NCBI GenBank assembly: GCA_907165135.1
Contig: OU015567.1
Span: forward strand, 7,564,001-7,628,000
DNA length: 64,000 bases
Direction of reading: 5' to 3'
Source of the DNA: Oikopleura dioica
Lineage: Eukaryota > Animalia > Chordata
The notes below the pieces were generated by a model. That model did not search any database. It had not been told where the DNA came from and was given only the letters and a program-made list of their open reading frames with translations. Positions 24,993-39,416 of the stretch are shown in pieces (the first letter of the stretch is position 1; the number at the start of each line of letters is the position of its first letter). Both the position numbers and the translations under genes were made by a program.

Positions 24993-25332
24993 TGAGCTGA
25001 GCTGAGCTAAGCTGAGCTGGCCTTTTTAGAGGTCATTGAGCGGAGCTGAGCTGAGCGAACCCTTATTAGAGCTGAGCTGAGCTGCTTGAGCTGAGTTGAG
25101 CTGTTCTTAACTGTGTTTTTAGTAGTAAAATTGTAATAAAATCATTGAGCTGAGCTGAGCTAAGTGATAATTGCCCGAGCTGAGCAGAACAGATCCTGTT
25201 CGAAAATTATTGAGCTGAGCTGAGCTGAGTGAAAATTGTGTGAGCTGAGCTGAGCTGAGCAGATCAGATCATTTACAAAAATCATCGAGCTGAGCTGCTC
25301 AGCTCACTCAGTTCAGCAAATTTGCAACTCTG
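24993..25332. repeat. (GAGCT)n pentamer-rich array, probably a decayed DNA-transposon end
   Basis: Many TGAGC/GAGCT units in clusters; orientation flips near 25300; ends CAAATTTGCAACTCTG. Confidence 0.8.
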
Positions 25333-25765
25333 GACGCCATTCGTTCAGTTGTCAAGCATCGTGAGAGAGATAAGAATGAAAATCATCAATCGCAATAACC
25401 GAGACGTAATAACCCGTTGGACACTGAATTGGTACGTTTCTAAAAAATGTTGCATCAAATCGATTACGACTCTGATGTGAACGAAACTACTCTTGTTTCG
25501 TGTTTTCCGACTTGTTGTTTAGAACTTTTCTGAATCGATGTTCTGATTCGGATTAAAATTTTATTCACTCGTTTTTCTCACAGTCGCAATTACATGCAAT
25601 GAGAAGAGCTCGGTTATTCTGAGATGAGCCAAAAACATTCAAAATATGCTGCGACGTTCTTTAAGGAGGTAGATATCAAGAGTTGCCATTTTCTGTCAGA
25701 CTTTACTCCCAAAGTTTAAATAATAACAACCTTATTTTACTTTGGAAACAAAAAGTTTAAACCTT

Positions 25766-25946
25766 TCTCTATTTCCTATGGAAGCCGAAATTTCGAATTT
25801 CAAAAAAATGTTTAACAAAATTTTTCGTCAAAGATCGCTAACTTTCCTAAAATGGTCATTTTGGCGACAATCGGAGGTGCGCGATTTGCATTGTGGCACC
25901 TTGAAAGGTCAAGAAATCTAAATTTTTGGTTTCCATAGGAAAGAGA
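25766..25946. repeat. Small inverted-repeat element (about 35-bp arms)
   Basis: TCTCTATTTCCTATGGAAGCCGAAATTT...TTTC versus GAAATCTAAATTTTTGGTTTCCATAGGAAAGAGA. Confidence 0.45.
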
Positions 25947-28196
25947 TAATTGCCTAAAATAAATTTTGAGCCGAAAAAATAAGGGGTCACTATGTTAAAA
26001 ATTTGAGAAAACACTGACAGGAAATACGATTCTTGATATCTACCCCCTTAAAAAAGACGTTTTCAAGAGAGTGAGGAGAAGATTTAGAATCTTTTAAGAA
26101 TGATGTCATTTATTTGAGCATATTCTAGCGTGCCACTGCGTTGTTTTAGTCATTAGAAGAGTTTTTTCTCTTCATTTTTTTGCATAACTTTTACCGTAAT
26201 TTGGAGATTTTAGATGATCTATTTCATAAGATCCGTTGTTTACGATTTCCCTGGTAACATTTCCTGTAAAGATGGGAAATCCGGATTGAGCAGAAGGATG
26301 ATTCCGCAAAAACGAGACGCTTGAGCAACCCGGACATCCGGGGAAAAAAAGAGGAGCAGGTGCAGTTGGAGGATTTTGCAAACATGTGTGACTCGCAAAA
26401 AAAGGGAGAAGACGCGCGAAAACGTGCCACTGCTTGTTAGACAGATCGCGCTAAGCGTCAGTTCTCCCTGCTACAGATTTGGGGAAGAGTTTAGCGACAA
26501 GTTTACTCGGATTTTGACGGCTTATGAGTATGTTTGGCGAGGGAGAGAGGAAAATTTGTCGATTAGTTGAAAAAAAAAAATATTTTTTATAAGTTGAGGT
26601 TGGTACAGGCGGAGAAACCTACAATACTACCCGTAAACTCCCCGTTTTCGCCAAGGAGTTAAAATTCCATTAATCAACATCTTTCTTCTTCTGCGAAAAA
26701 GGAAATGTCAAACACACGCGTCTTAACAGTTCATCGCCTTCTCTTGAGAAAAATTTATGTCACTCTTTTATCCGTTCCAAGAACATGTGAATAGATCTCT
26801 TAAAACTTAAAAACTTAAAGAATGTATGGAATCTTATGACGAGGAAAGCATCCTCTTACAGTAACAAGGCAGCTGTCGAACATGGGTTTGCCTGTAACTG
26901 TGGCGGATCAAGAATTCTTGGCTTTTTAGTACTGTTTTTGCTTTTTGGAAAAGCCAGGAAGAAGTAAGGAAGAGATAGGAAATGAACGTTTTGTTTTACG
27001 AAAACGAGATTTACTCACAGCGCTCATTAATTAAATCAGCCTAGCTCTGAACTTTTGAACCTCTCTCCCTTTCCAATTATCAACGCGAAAAAAAAAACGC
27101 AGAAGAATTTTTTTTCTTCTTTTTTTCGAAGAATTGAATTTTTGTTACACGCAATTAACGAAGGTCTTTCTATTCAGAACAAAACTTTTGAAGAGTTTAT
27201 TATATTTTTGCGAGTTTATGAGTAAAAATAAGTTTCATTCAGTTCATTTTTCTGGCCTTTTCGTAAAATCAACATTTGTGGTCGGGCTGTTTTGACAGTC
27301 TAAATGGGTAATTTATACTTTTATTGAATGTAGCACCTTGAAACGGGCGCACCGCGCGGCACCGATGTTCTAAACCCGGGCACTAGAAAATGAGTATTTC
27401 ACAAAACGTTATCTTTCTTACGCTCGCGTCAGATACTGCACATCGTTTTTGCTGGTTGCGTTATCTGGTCGGCAGTGAACAAAATTGGCCATTTTACGTG
27501 CTCAAAAAATGCTCTAAAATTTCGCCTCACTTCGTCAGGCCTTGTTGAGCAGAGTTATGAAACATTTGTATGCACAAGTTCCTTCTTATCAACTAAGCTC
27601 ATTTGAAAAGTCCTTGAGCCCGGTATTTTCTAATCTGAGACAATATCCGAGGCTGGATCGAGACGATTTTCCCCCAATTTACCGGATAATGTCATAACAT
27701 TACCCACGACTCAGCATTTGTTTGCTCTGGCAGTGAGGGATTATTTTTTCTTTCTGATAAGATTCTATGGATCAAATTAGATATCATTCTTGTTGTCATT
27801 CGCTTATGAAGGGAGACGGATAGATTTGAAGGAGTTTCTTATTCAGGGAAATTCAGGATTAAGAAAAATCTGGCAGAAATGAAACTTTAGTTGTTGGCTT
27901 GAAAATATGTTGATTTATTGTCTTTCAATTGACCAGTCAATAAAATATAAAAACGCGCTGTGTTATGCGTCAGTTGCTTTTTTCAAGCGATTTGACACCT
28001 ACAGTGACAAGTCCTCTTCGCTACAGGGGAACAGTTGATCCTCCTCCCCAGATCCAAGTCACTTAGAAAAGTAGCTTCACTTTGCTAAGTCTTGAATCGT
28101 AAGTCAAAGCATAATCAATACAGAGAAAATTTCTACTACGAGATCACTCAAAGAAAGAGCATTAAATAATTCTTCATAGAAATTTTTAGTTCAAAA

Positions 28197-29597
28197 ATGG
28201 ACGACAGAAAGAAACATGAACTCTGGGGAAAGATCTTAAAATTCTGCCAAGGTAAAAATCCAACGCTAGTTTTTATGCTAAATCGTGTCTAAGAGGCTTT
28301 GAAAAAGGAAGTCGCCGATGCTGCAGAAAAGAAAAAGCAAGTTTTATCCGAGAGAATTGTTCCTCTTCCAAATCTCAGTGGAATGAGTAAGTCGTTTGTT
28401 TTTCGTTGGGGATTAAGTTGAGCAGTCGGAAATTACTGTACACGTACTATATTTGGTTAGCGACACTTTTCACGGTGACCTAATTCGCTAACTACAACTT
28501 TAGCTAATAGCGAGTTTGCACTAGCAGTTTTCTTTTCTGACGCTTGAAATGCCGAATTATTGCGTCCCCAGCACGCTAGAATCAAATCAATCCCGTAACC
28601 CATCACACAGATGATTAGTTGAACGATTCTCTCTCTTCGCCAAGTTGAAAATCTCCCCGGGCGCTAATCAGATTCGGGAAAATTACAGCTTATCGGAGAG
28701 CTCCCAGCAAAATAAGACAGCTCATAAAGTAAAGAAGTCCGCTATTTTGACGGCTCCGCAACATACTTTTTTTTCGAGCTCAATCCTTAAATTTAAATTG
28801 ACTTACGAAAAAATCTGTCTGAATATTACTGAATCTCAAGACTTTTCTTAGACAAGAAATTTCCGTAATTCATTATTCAAAAGTGCTTGCAATGTGGATT
28901 TTTGGAAAAAAAAAGTGTCGCGCTTTTCAAAATTTCAAATTGCTATTTGAGCGTCTTGATTGAAAACGCGGTTTCGCTCGTTCATTAGTTTCATCAAGTA
29001 CTCGACGGCGTGGACTTATTCCTGGCGTCATAATTTATGCCGCAATTGATATTGCTCATAACGCTACAAAACTCGTTCTGCAAAGTTGATCCTGGCCTAT
29101 TTGCTGAAAGCCAATTACAGCAGAAATTCGAGTTTAGAAAGATGATTTCCTTTTTAGGCGACGATGAACTCCGTCAGCTGTGCCGAGAAATTCACTCCAA
29201 ATGCGACAAAGTCGATGAAGAAAGATACGACCTCGAGATCAAAGTCAACAAGTTCGACTCTGAAGTTAAAGATCTCGAAATCAAAATTATGGATCTCCGA
29301 GGAAGTAAGTTGATTTTCTAGCTGTCAGAGAAAGCGATTCTAGGAGACTTGATTATTCAGATGACTCTTACGTAAATTTATAATCTAATTTGTACCCGCT
29401 CAAAATCAAAGCGGAACTATAAACACTAGCTTGAACTTTCTGACTTATCGTGCTCACGTCTCACCTTTTCAGGCAAATTCAAGAAGCCCCCACTTCGAAA
29501 GGTAAAGATGTCTACCGACCAGATGCTCTCCGCGCTCCTGGGCAAGCAGGGTGGCGGCAAGCAAGATCTCCGATCCGGCCTCAAAAAAGTCAAGTAA
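28197..29597 (+). CDS. TNNI: Troponin I, short C-terminally truncated form
   Basis: [18 protein letters not shown]|EALKKE...[15 protein letters not shown]|[30 protein letters not shown]...IMDLRG|[23 protein letters not shown]...[10 protein letters not shown]. The inhibitory peptide FKKPPLRKV is present. Confidence 0.92.
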
Positions 29598-29815
29598 ACA
29601 CCGAAATCAGCATTTTGTATTCTCACGCGGCATTTTACCCTTGTCTCTTTACTTGTAAATCGAAATAATACACTTGAACTGTCTTTTGAATCTACCTACT
29701 CTTCCTTGATTGCAATACGTAAGGAATAATCAGGCAAAATGTGTGATTGTTAATATATTATTTAGATAAATAGAAGTGGATTAAAATATTTAGCTTTTGA
29801 TTTCTTTCACGCTCA

Positions 29816-30870
29816 TTATTTGGAGAGGAGTTCAGTCGGAAGTGGGAAAACAATCGTGGAGTTTTTCTGAGCAGCGACTGTATTGAGAGTTTGGAGGTAT
29901 CTGAAGGAAACTTGCGGTTAGGGGTTGAATCTATAAATTACCGAAGTTGGAGGGCCTTGGGATTAGAAGCCATCATTCGCGCAGCATCAGCAATGTTTTT
30001 GGCTGCTTCCCGTTCGCCAACAGCCTGGGTCAGTTTGGCCTTTGCTTCTCGAGAAGCTTCAGCTTCTGCGGCCATGGCGCGTTGCATCTTTGAATTAACA
30101 ATTAAGACACTTATCTTGGTATAAAACTGACCGCAGGTGGAAGAATAATGTCTTTCACTTCGACGCTCTCTACTTTGATTCCCCAGTCGTCGGTGGCCTC
30201 ATCGAGGCTTCTTTGCAAAACCCGGGAGATTTCTTCTCGCTGATTCAAAATCTCCTGCAAGCTCTTTTGGCCAAGGATATTTCGCAAATGAGTTTGCGCA
30301 AGAAGACGCTTAAATAAAAAAACCGTGAGTGAATCAGATTTATGGGAAAACTTACGGTTGTGTGATTGTAATTCATGACAGAATCGATGGCTGCAAGAGG
30401 TTTGACAATTTTATACTGCGCAACTGCATCGACTCGGATAGTGACTGCGTCCTTGGATAAAACTTCTTGGCGGGGGATATCGAAGACTTGAGTACGGATA
30501 TCAACCTTGTGAAAATTTGAAATGAATGAACAATGCTTTAAATAAGATCTTTTTACCTTCTCAATGTGGTTGACAAAGAAATTGAGGCAGAACATACCCC
30601 TTTTCTCGCTGGAACCAGCTTGAAGTCGGCCAAGCTGGTAAATGACAGCTCTCTCGTAGTCCTCGAACGATTGTTGGAATCGCTCATTCTAGTAGCGGTA
30701 ATTACCTGGATCGTTTGAACCGCCTGACACCAGAAACACGGGAAGATTATGATCAGAATCCAGGTCAAAAATACCAAGATTCCGTCAAAAATACCAGGTG
30801 GTTTAGCTTCATCTTCATTCTTTCGTGGAATATACTCTTGATGCGCGATTTGCGTGTTGTTGAAAGTCAT
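29816..30870 (-). CDS. STOM: Stomatin/band-7 (SPFH) protein
   Basis: TM segment, then YERAVIYQLGRL, VDIRTQVFDIPRQEVLSKDAVTIRVDAV, WGIKVESVEVKDI, MQRAMAAEAEASREAKAK, ALQLRYLQTL...NSTIVFPLP. Confidence 0.92.
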
Positions 30871-31172
30871 GTTTGCGCGAATGTGCTTGTATTCAAAATA
30901 AACTAGGTTAGAAATTCGTGTCTAGAAACTTTTGGACACTTTTTTGACTACTAGTAACTTTACTAGTAAATGCATCTGCCAATTCCTGAATGCGTAAATT
31001 TCCTGAATTCTTGAAACAAATAAAGAACAAATTAGACACTTATCTTACAACTAACTCGAGTAAATAGAGTCTTGTCGCAGAGTATGATTTCAATTCAGAG
31101 TATCCTTTTATTGTTTTTCAATGAAGAAGAAAGATAAATGCATAGATTTCCGTGGCAATGATACTTGACAAT

Positions 31173-33887
31173 TTAGATGAAAATAATTCCTTCTGGGTGT
31201 TCATTAAAATGCTCTTTGAATTCATTCGCTTTGATGATGCCTTCTTCGAGGCGGTTGCAAATCTTTCGGGCCCAGATCATGGGCCAGAGTTCTGGCTTTC
31301 TCTTTCTTTGGATTGAATGTTGGGGAGGCGCTTGTAAATCGTATAGAATTGACTGAAGCAAGTAATGGGTCATCGTTGTTGAGCGGTTGATCAGATGGAC
31401 ACTTATATTGGGTTTTATTATGCATGCAATACTCTGAGCAGTTGATACTTCAATAAATACCCTTCCCTGATAGGACGAATATTGCTCACAGCCGCGCCTC
31501 TTGTGGCAAACTCTTTCATAGGAGCTATATGGATATGGTTGCCACTGATCTCTTTTCTTCGGTCCAATCGTCGGTCAATTCCCTCTATTTTAGCCATTGT
31601 GACTCTCAAATTTGCACCATCCAAGTACTTCATCAGATGACCATGATCTCTTTGATTGATCATTCCCTTTTCATTTGACCATTTTGCTTTATTTGCGTCT
31701 TCGAGCATTTGATTGAAAATGTGAACGTCGAACTGACCACCAGCAAGAAGTAAAATCTCATCCGGTTCATACTTGAGTTTGGTTAAGATTGTGTTGATAC
31801 TGTCGGCGATATCTGAATAGCTTGTTTGTATCATAGTCCGAACAAAATTACAAACCTTCCATGAAGGTTCTTTGACCGTCATCCATGTATTCATTTGTGA
31901 GTTTAACGACTGGGTGCCCGGCTTTGAGGATGTTGCATGTATTGTACTGATTTTGCTTTCGCTCTTGATGATTGTAAACAAAACTGAAGTAGCCATTCGA
32001 TTCATGAATTGCAATAATCAACAAGGTTTTATTCTTCGGATAGCCTGTTAAAGTCCAATTACGAGTTTGTTTTGGCGCTCCAAGTTTTGTGATGATATCA
32101 TTCACTCGATTTTTCGAGTACTTTTCTATCCAGCGATCCCTTTTGAAAGATTTAATCGGAGTAACGCTGGAGAAATGTACCTGTCGCTTTGAGGGAATCT
32201 TGATTCAGTTTGGACAAAGACGGGCAAGTGAATATTGATGCACCTCTTCTTGATCTCTCTGTAAAGATCCTCCCGGAAAAGTGGCAAGATGAGCCACAGC
32301 AACGAGCTCTTGTTCTGCTCCCATGTATTGGGTAACTTTGCTACCCATGATTTTGGATCATGTTTTTCCTCGTTTTCGATCATTATCTCGCTAGGAGCTT
32401 TCATTTTGATTCCATTATCGTTGCAAATTTGCATCATCTGCGACTTAACAGCTCCTACAGCTTCTAGCTCAGAGCAGCACATAATTGTCCAGTTCTTAAT
32501 CGCTACTTTCTTGAGCTTGAGGTTAACTCTGCCTCTCGGAATCAAATCAGGATCGCATTTGAGTGTGTTGCCAGCGGATGTGAACCAAAGTGGAAACATT
32601 AAATGCATGGAACCAGCTTTTTGAAACATAAATCGAATCGCTTTCTGTGCATGAGCAAGAATAGAATTTTCCATTCGATATCGATCAGTATTTGCGACAG
32701 CTAGGTACTGCTGTTTCTGTGGATCGACAGTTCCAGTCATTGTCCACAACTCTGGAACGATAATTCTTTTCTCAAGCCAGTCAACCCCTGTCATGTCTGG
32801 ACCGGAATCGAAAGCGACAGTCAAGTATCCATCCTTTTCGTGCTTGTTTTGAAAGCAAATAGGCTGTTCGGCGATAGTGATGTTCAACCCTTGCTTTTCG
32901 TACATGCTCTTGATCGTCAGCCGTTTATTGTACGTTCTTTTTCCACCAGGGTTGGCGGTAACTGTCATGCATGAGTTTGGGCGAGCGTCTTTGCGGATGC
33001 CATCGATAGACGCGAACACGTCGAGTTCCTCATTGTAGACAACCTGGAATTGAATGGCTTCATCTATAGCTTGATCAAGTGACTCTTGACGGTTATTGTC
33101 ATCGTTGTCAAAGGCCTCTCTTATAATGGCCATGTATTCCAAAAGCGTGTAGTCCTCTACAATGTTTTGAACGATGACTGCTAAGTGCACTTTTCCTAAA
33201 GAATTCTTTTAGAATCCATACAATGGATTTATTAAGAAACCCGTTGCTTCGTCTTCGAAGAAGTGACTGAGCCGATAACTGTCATATCTATACGTTCTCT
33301 CCCTCACTGGAATTTCGTTTTCATCCCCGTCTCTATCATGATCATCATCTTTCTCAGTAGCATCTATCGGCGCAAATGCTAACTCAGGGTCAAAGTCGGA
33401 GAAGATCATCTGCGCCATGAGCTGGGAAAAAGTGGCACCACCGACGTTTCTATCATCCGTCAGTTTACATGTATCTATAAGCTTCAGATTCCATGCGTCT
33501 CCATGTTCTTCCGGAAAAGGCTTGACTTTAAAGAGGGAGATAATTTGACAGCAGAAGTTCCCATCACCGGCATCCTTCAATATTATGAAGAAAGGGAAAA
33601 AGAATGAGCAAAAAAACCTCTAAGAAATCATCATAGCCTCCTCTGATATGGAAGCCTTCTTTGGTTTGCAGAACTTCTTCTCCACCGTTATCTTTTAACA
33701 GCAAGATCGGAGTCTTCGGAGTGATTCTCGCGGACTTACTCGCGAATAGAAAGTTGCGATACGCTCTTTCTACTTCTTCGTAGGTTAACTGTTCTTCACA
33801 CGGTGATTTGAAGACTATTTCGTACCAAAAATACTTTCTTATGTTTGGTATGTCCAAGTTGATGGAGTGAGTCCATTCGAGGGCCAT
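31173..33887 (-). CDS. Highly divergent PIWI-clade Argonaute (N-L1-PAZ-MID-PIWI), predicted slicer-inactive
   Basis: N: THSINLDIPNIRKYFWYEIVFKSP. L1: VHLAVIVQNIVEDYTLLEYM. PAZ: TIKSMYEKQGLNITIAEQPI...IIVPELWTMTG. MID: LYREIKKRC...DIITKLGA. PIWI: TLLIIAIHE, PDEILLLAGG, TTMTHYLL, PMIWARKICNR, C-terminal GIIFI*. Six exons are joined by short introns; the last junction is ambiguous. Confidence 0.75.
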
Positions 33888-34029
33888 TCTAAATAATCTG
33901 CGCTAAGACACAGCTTGTCAAAAAAAAAAGGTTTGATAAAGGCAGTGTAAACGGTAACATCAGAGAAAGATAGCTTTACATGTAAAATTTGGTCCTAAAA
34001 GCGTGCTGATTCCGCTAATTTACAATGAA

Positions 34030-34597
34030 TTACGATTCCATTTCGTCCTCATTGTTTTTCTGCTCGGCGTTTTCTTTATCGGCTTCAGTGTTCACTTCAC
34101 CGCCGGCTTCTTCTTCAGCCTCGTTTTCACCCTTTTCTTCTTCAGCTTTTTTTTCCTTCTTTTCTTTTGCCTAAATCTTGTTTTATCAAAAGCTACAGTG
34201 GAGAGCGAAAACCTTGTTAGCTTTCTTCACTTTTGCAGCTTCGAGCTCTGATTTCACAAGTGGAACCAAATCGTCAAATTCTGTCTCACTCAGAGCATCG
34301 ATGATGTCTGATTCTTTTAGCGTTTTTCGCTGATGATTCCTTTTATTATTTGATTGTTGCGGAAATGTACCTTGTTATTTGAAGCAACTTCTGTAGCAGT
34401 TTGACTGAGGTAAACGATGAAAAGTGATGTAGCTTTAGCAATCGCAAGTTTTGCGTCCTTTGATGAGAAAATGTTTCAATTTGAAAACTGGGAAAGTTCC
34501 AAACCTTGGCAACGATAGATCCTGGTGGAAGAGCCTCTTTGATAATTCGTGCTACGACAGCGTTTGGTAAAGAGAGATCTTCAACTTTATCGGACAT
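34030..34597 (-). CDS. POLE3: DNA polymerase epsilon subunit 3 / CHRAC17 histone-fold protein
   Basis: MSDKVEDLSLPNAVVARIIKEALP...AK|DAKLAIAKATSLFIVYL...KRKTLKESDIIDALSETEFDDLVP, followed by an acidic tail. Confidence 0.85.
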
Positions 34598-34758
34598 CTA
34601 GTAAATAAGAACTGGTACTTTAAATTTTTTAACTAATTTTTATCTATATTCGACTGATTTGACAATAATCGTAAAAGCAACTTTTAAAACACAGAACGAT
34701 AATAAAAATATAATGAACAGAGCGAGTGGTTGAATTTTATTTTCTTTTTGCTTATTTT

Positions 34759-35290
<532 letters not shown>

Positions 35291-35578
35291 TCTAAAACTA
35301 ACTTTGGCTCTCTGAATAAAAAGGGTCTCGAATAAAAAGTAATTTTGAAGACTTGAGGCGTGAAAGCTATTCAAAAACAGTCTGCATAGAATCGTTAAAA
35401 GGGAAAATAAAAATTAGTCACGATTCGTGACTCACGAATCATGAATAACAAGTAGTGGATTAAGGATATTGCAGCGAAATACTGAATTGATGGAAAGTAC
35501 AAGATATCTGTTAGTAATACGTAAGCTCGATGGCAAGATAATGAAAGAAGATTGAATTCGTAATTGAAACTTGAAAGA

Positions 35579-36439
35579 CTATTTTTTGAGCATCTTGTTC
35601 ATCTGCTTGTTCATACTCTGTGTTTTCAAGTTGTTTCTTTGAATCGCCAAATCAACATCGTCAATGAGCTCGTCTTGGGCGTCGATTTCAGTTTGAAGCG
35701 TCAAACCGAGGTTTTTCAGACGCGATAGACCAGATGACATATCGGTAAGATTTTGCTCAATCTAAGAAACTCCTTGTTGATTTCTCGGGAATTGATGATC
35801 TTGTAGTTACCTGTTGTTCTCTTGTACTTGGAGCCTTCTTGTTGGCCAATCTACTCATGTGATCGGCGCTAGAAGACGAAGACATGCCGCTTGACTGGCC
35901 AAGCGAGCTAGGGTTCGAGCTAGAAACTGAAGAGGCAGCCGTTGCCTTCGCTGGACTCGATGACTTCTTGGACGGAGAGCTGCTTGCATCACCTTTTGGT
36001 TTCTTTCCGAACCAGTTTTGCATCGTCTGACCCCAGAAAGACTTATAAAATCATAGTTTTTGGATGATGGTGAGTCTAGCCTTACTTTTATTGATTTGAG
36101 ATGACCTTCAGATTCGCGCAGGTGAGACTCGGACTCTTCTAGGCGCCCTTTCGTCCTGATTAAATTGATGAAATGTCTGTAACTTCTTACTCTTATGATT
36201 ACCTTTCCAAAACTTCTCTTTGTCTGTATAATTCACTCGCAGTTTGGGCTCCTATTTCTTCTGATTCAGCGATTTTTTGAAGGGCTCTCTTGGATTTTTC
36301 TTTACAACTTATATTCTCGAAAGAATTCGTTACTCACCTGAGTCGAGGAGAGTCCTCCGTCATTTTTCTGAACCTGAACGGAATAATCCTTGTTCGGATC
36401 GAACTCGGCATTGAACTCTGCGTCGTCCCAGTTGCTCAT
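35579..36439 (-). CDS. SNAP29: SNAP-29 (Qbc SNARE)
   Basis: SNARE1: AESEEIGAQTASELYRQREVLER...HLKSIKSFWG; Ser-rich linker; SNARE2: IEQNLTDMSSGLSRLKNLGLTLQTEIDAQDELIDDV. No TM segment or Cys cluster. Confidence 0.82.
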
Positions 36440-36484
36440 TCTATTGAAAAGAAAAATGAACATTTTTTACAATAAATAGTAAAT

Positions 36485-37239
36485 TTAATTCATGAGAATC
36501 TGTTTCTTCAAAAGTTCCAGCGTGGACTTTACTTCCTCAAGTTCTTTTCTCAATTTCTCGTTTTCTGCCGAAATCTCTGAGATCTTATTTGACAAAGTTT
36601 GACTTTCGATCGACGATTTATTCTTGTCCAAATGCATCAGTCTCATCTCTTGTCTGAAAAAGGACTGGATAGATAGTAGAAGGACGCTGTCTACCTGATA
36701 CTCATGATTTCTCTATTCAAGTCTAGCAATTCGTTACTGACCGCTGCACTGGCGTTTTTGGGGTCTAGGAAATCAACGCTTGAAAATGACTTTTTGAAAA
36801 GAAACTTACCGATATCAGGATTATAGTAAATAATATTGTAATAAATGTAGTGAAGAATTCCAGAAATAAGATTGTACGCGACGAGAAATGTCAAAAGCTG
36901 GCCAAAAAAGTTCGAGCCCTTTTCATTTGCTGATTTCTCGGTAAGATTGATCGACGAGTTCATGAACATTCTCCTCCGAGCTGGATCTTTCTCCAGCCTC
37001 GCCGAGATCTGGTGGTCCAAATTTGCAAGACCCTTTTTCATACATTTAATTCTGCGTTATTTCATACTGGAAATCCTTACATTTCCAACAGGAATGAAGA
37101 TATTCTTTCTGATAATCGGTGATTTTGTCGAAATATCCATACAAATGTCTGTCGCTGGCTTACAAATTGACAGCCAGCTTTTGTAAAGAGGCCCGTGATT
37201 TGGAAATGCGAGGTTCCTGACAAAAACGCGCGAAATCAT
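36485..37239 (-). CDS. Uncharacterised protein: basic mitochondrial-like N-terminus, one TM segment, C-terminal coiled coil
   Basis: MISRVFVRNLAFPNHG...; FFGQLLTFLVAYNLISGILHYIYY; ...ISEISAENEKLRKELEEVKSTLELLKKQILMN*. GT-AG introns; an AG acceptor lies shortly upstream of the ATG. Confidence 0.55.
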
Positions 37240-37613
37240 TGAGTTCAATTTCTAAGGTTCAAGATTGTTCACGTATATTTTTTATCCGATGTAATAACAG
37301 GCAATAAGATATCCTTTTGTTACATGTGAGTTTTTCTTTTTATGAATGGTGGGTACGAGCTCTCAACAAAGAAGGAAAAAATCTAGGAAAGAAACTATCG
37401 GAAAGTTGGATTTTAGGAATAAGCTTTACTAAAAACTAAATCGAGTTAAATAAAGAAACAAGCCGCAATGTGAAGATTAATTTTAAAATTTCAAGTGTAC
37501 AGAAACAAAAGTCTTTCGTGAGAAGTTGAAAAATAACATACAGGCTAACTTTATACTTTTATCTTTTTTATAACATTGTTACATGTATTGGCGTGAGTGT
37601 TTTTCTTCAGTGT

Positions 37614-39225
<1,612 letters not shown>

Positions 39226-39416
39226 CTGAAGATCGATTAGAAGTAAAAATACGCAATTGAAATCGAGCAAATTTGATGAAGAAAATAGAAGAGAAAGAAA
39301 GAAATAGGAAGAAAGGTATTTTGATGAGAACAGCGGATTTCGTGCCCAACTAGTGTGCTCCAATGCGCGCTTCATACAAGGTCAAAAGTGAAAGAAAAAG
39401 AGCTTGAGAAGATGGA

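Noticed and set aside
24993-25320. Resemblance of GAGCT repeats to immunoglobulin switch regions
   Set aside because: No GGGGT/G-tract partner or Ig genes, and tunicates lack class switching; coincidental.
27400-29050. TGACG/CGTCA motifs around troponin I as a muscle enhancer
   Set aside because: About five 5-mers in 1.6 kb is only slightly above chance.
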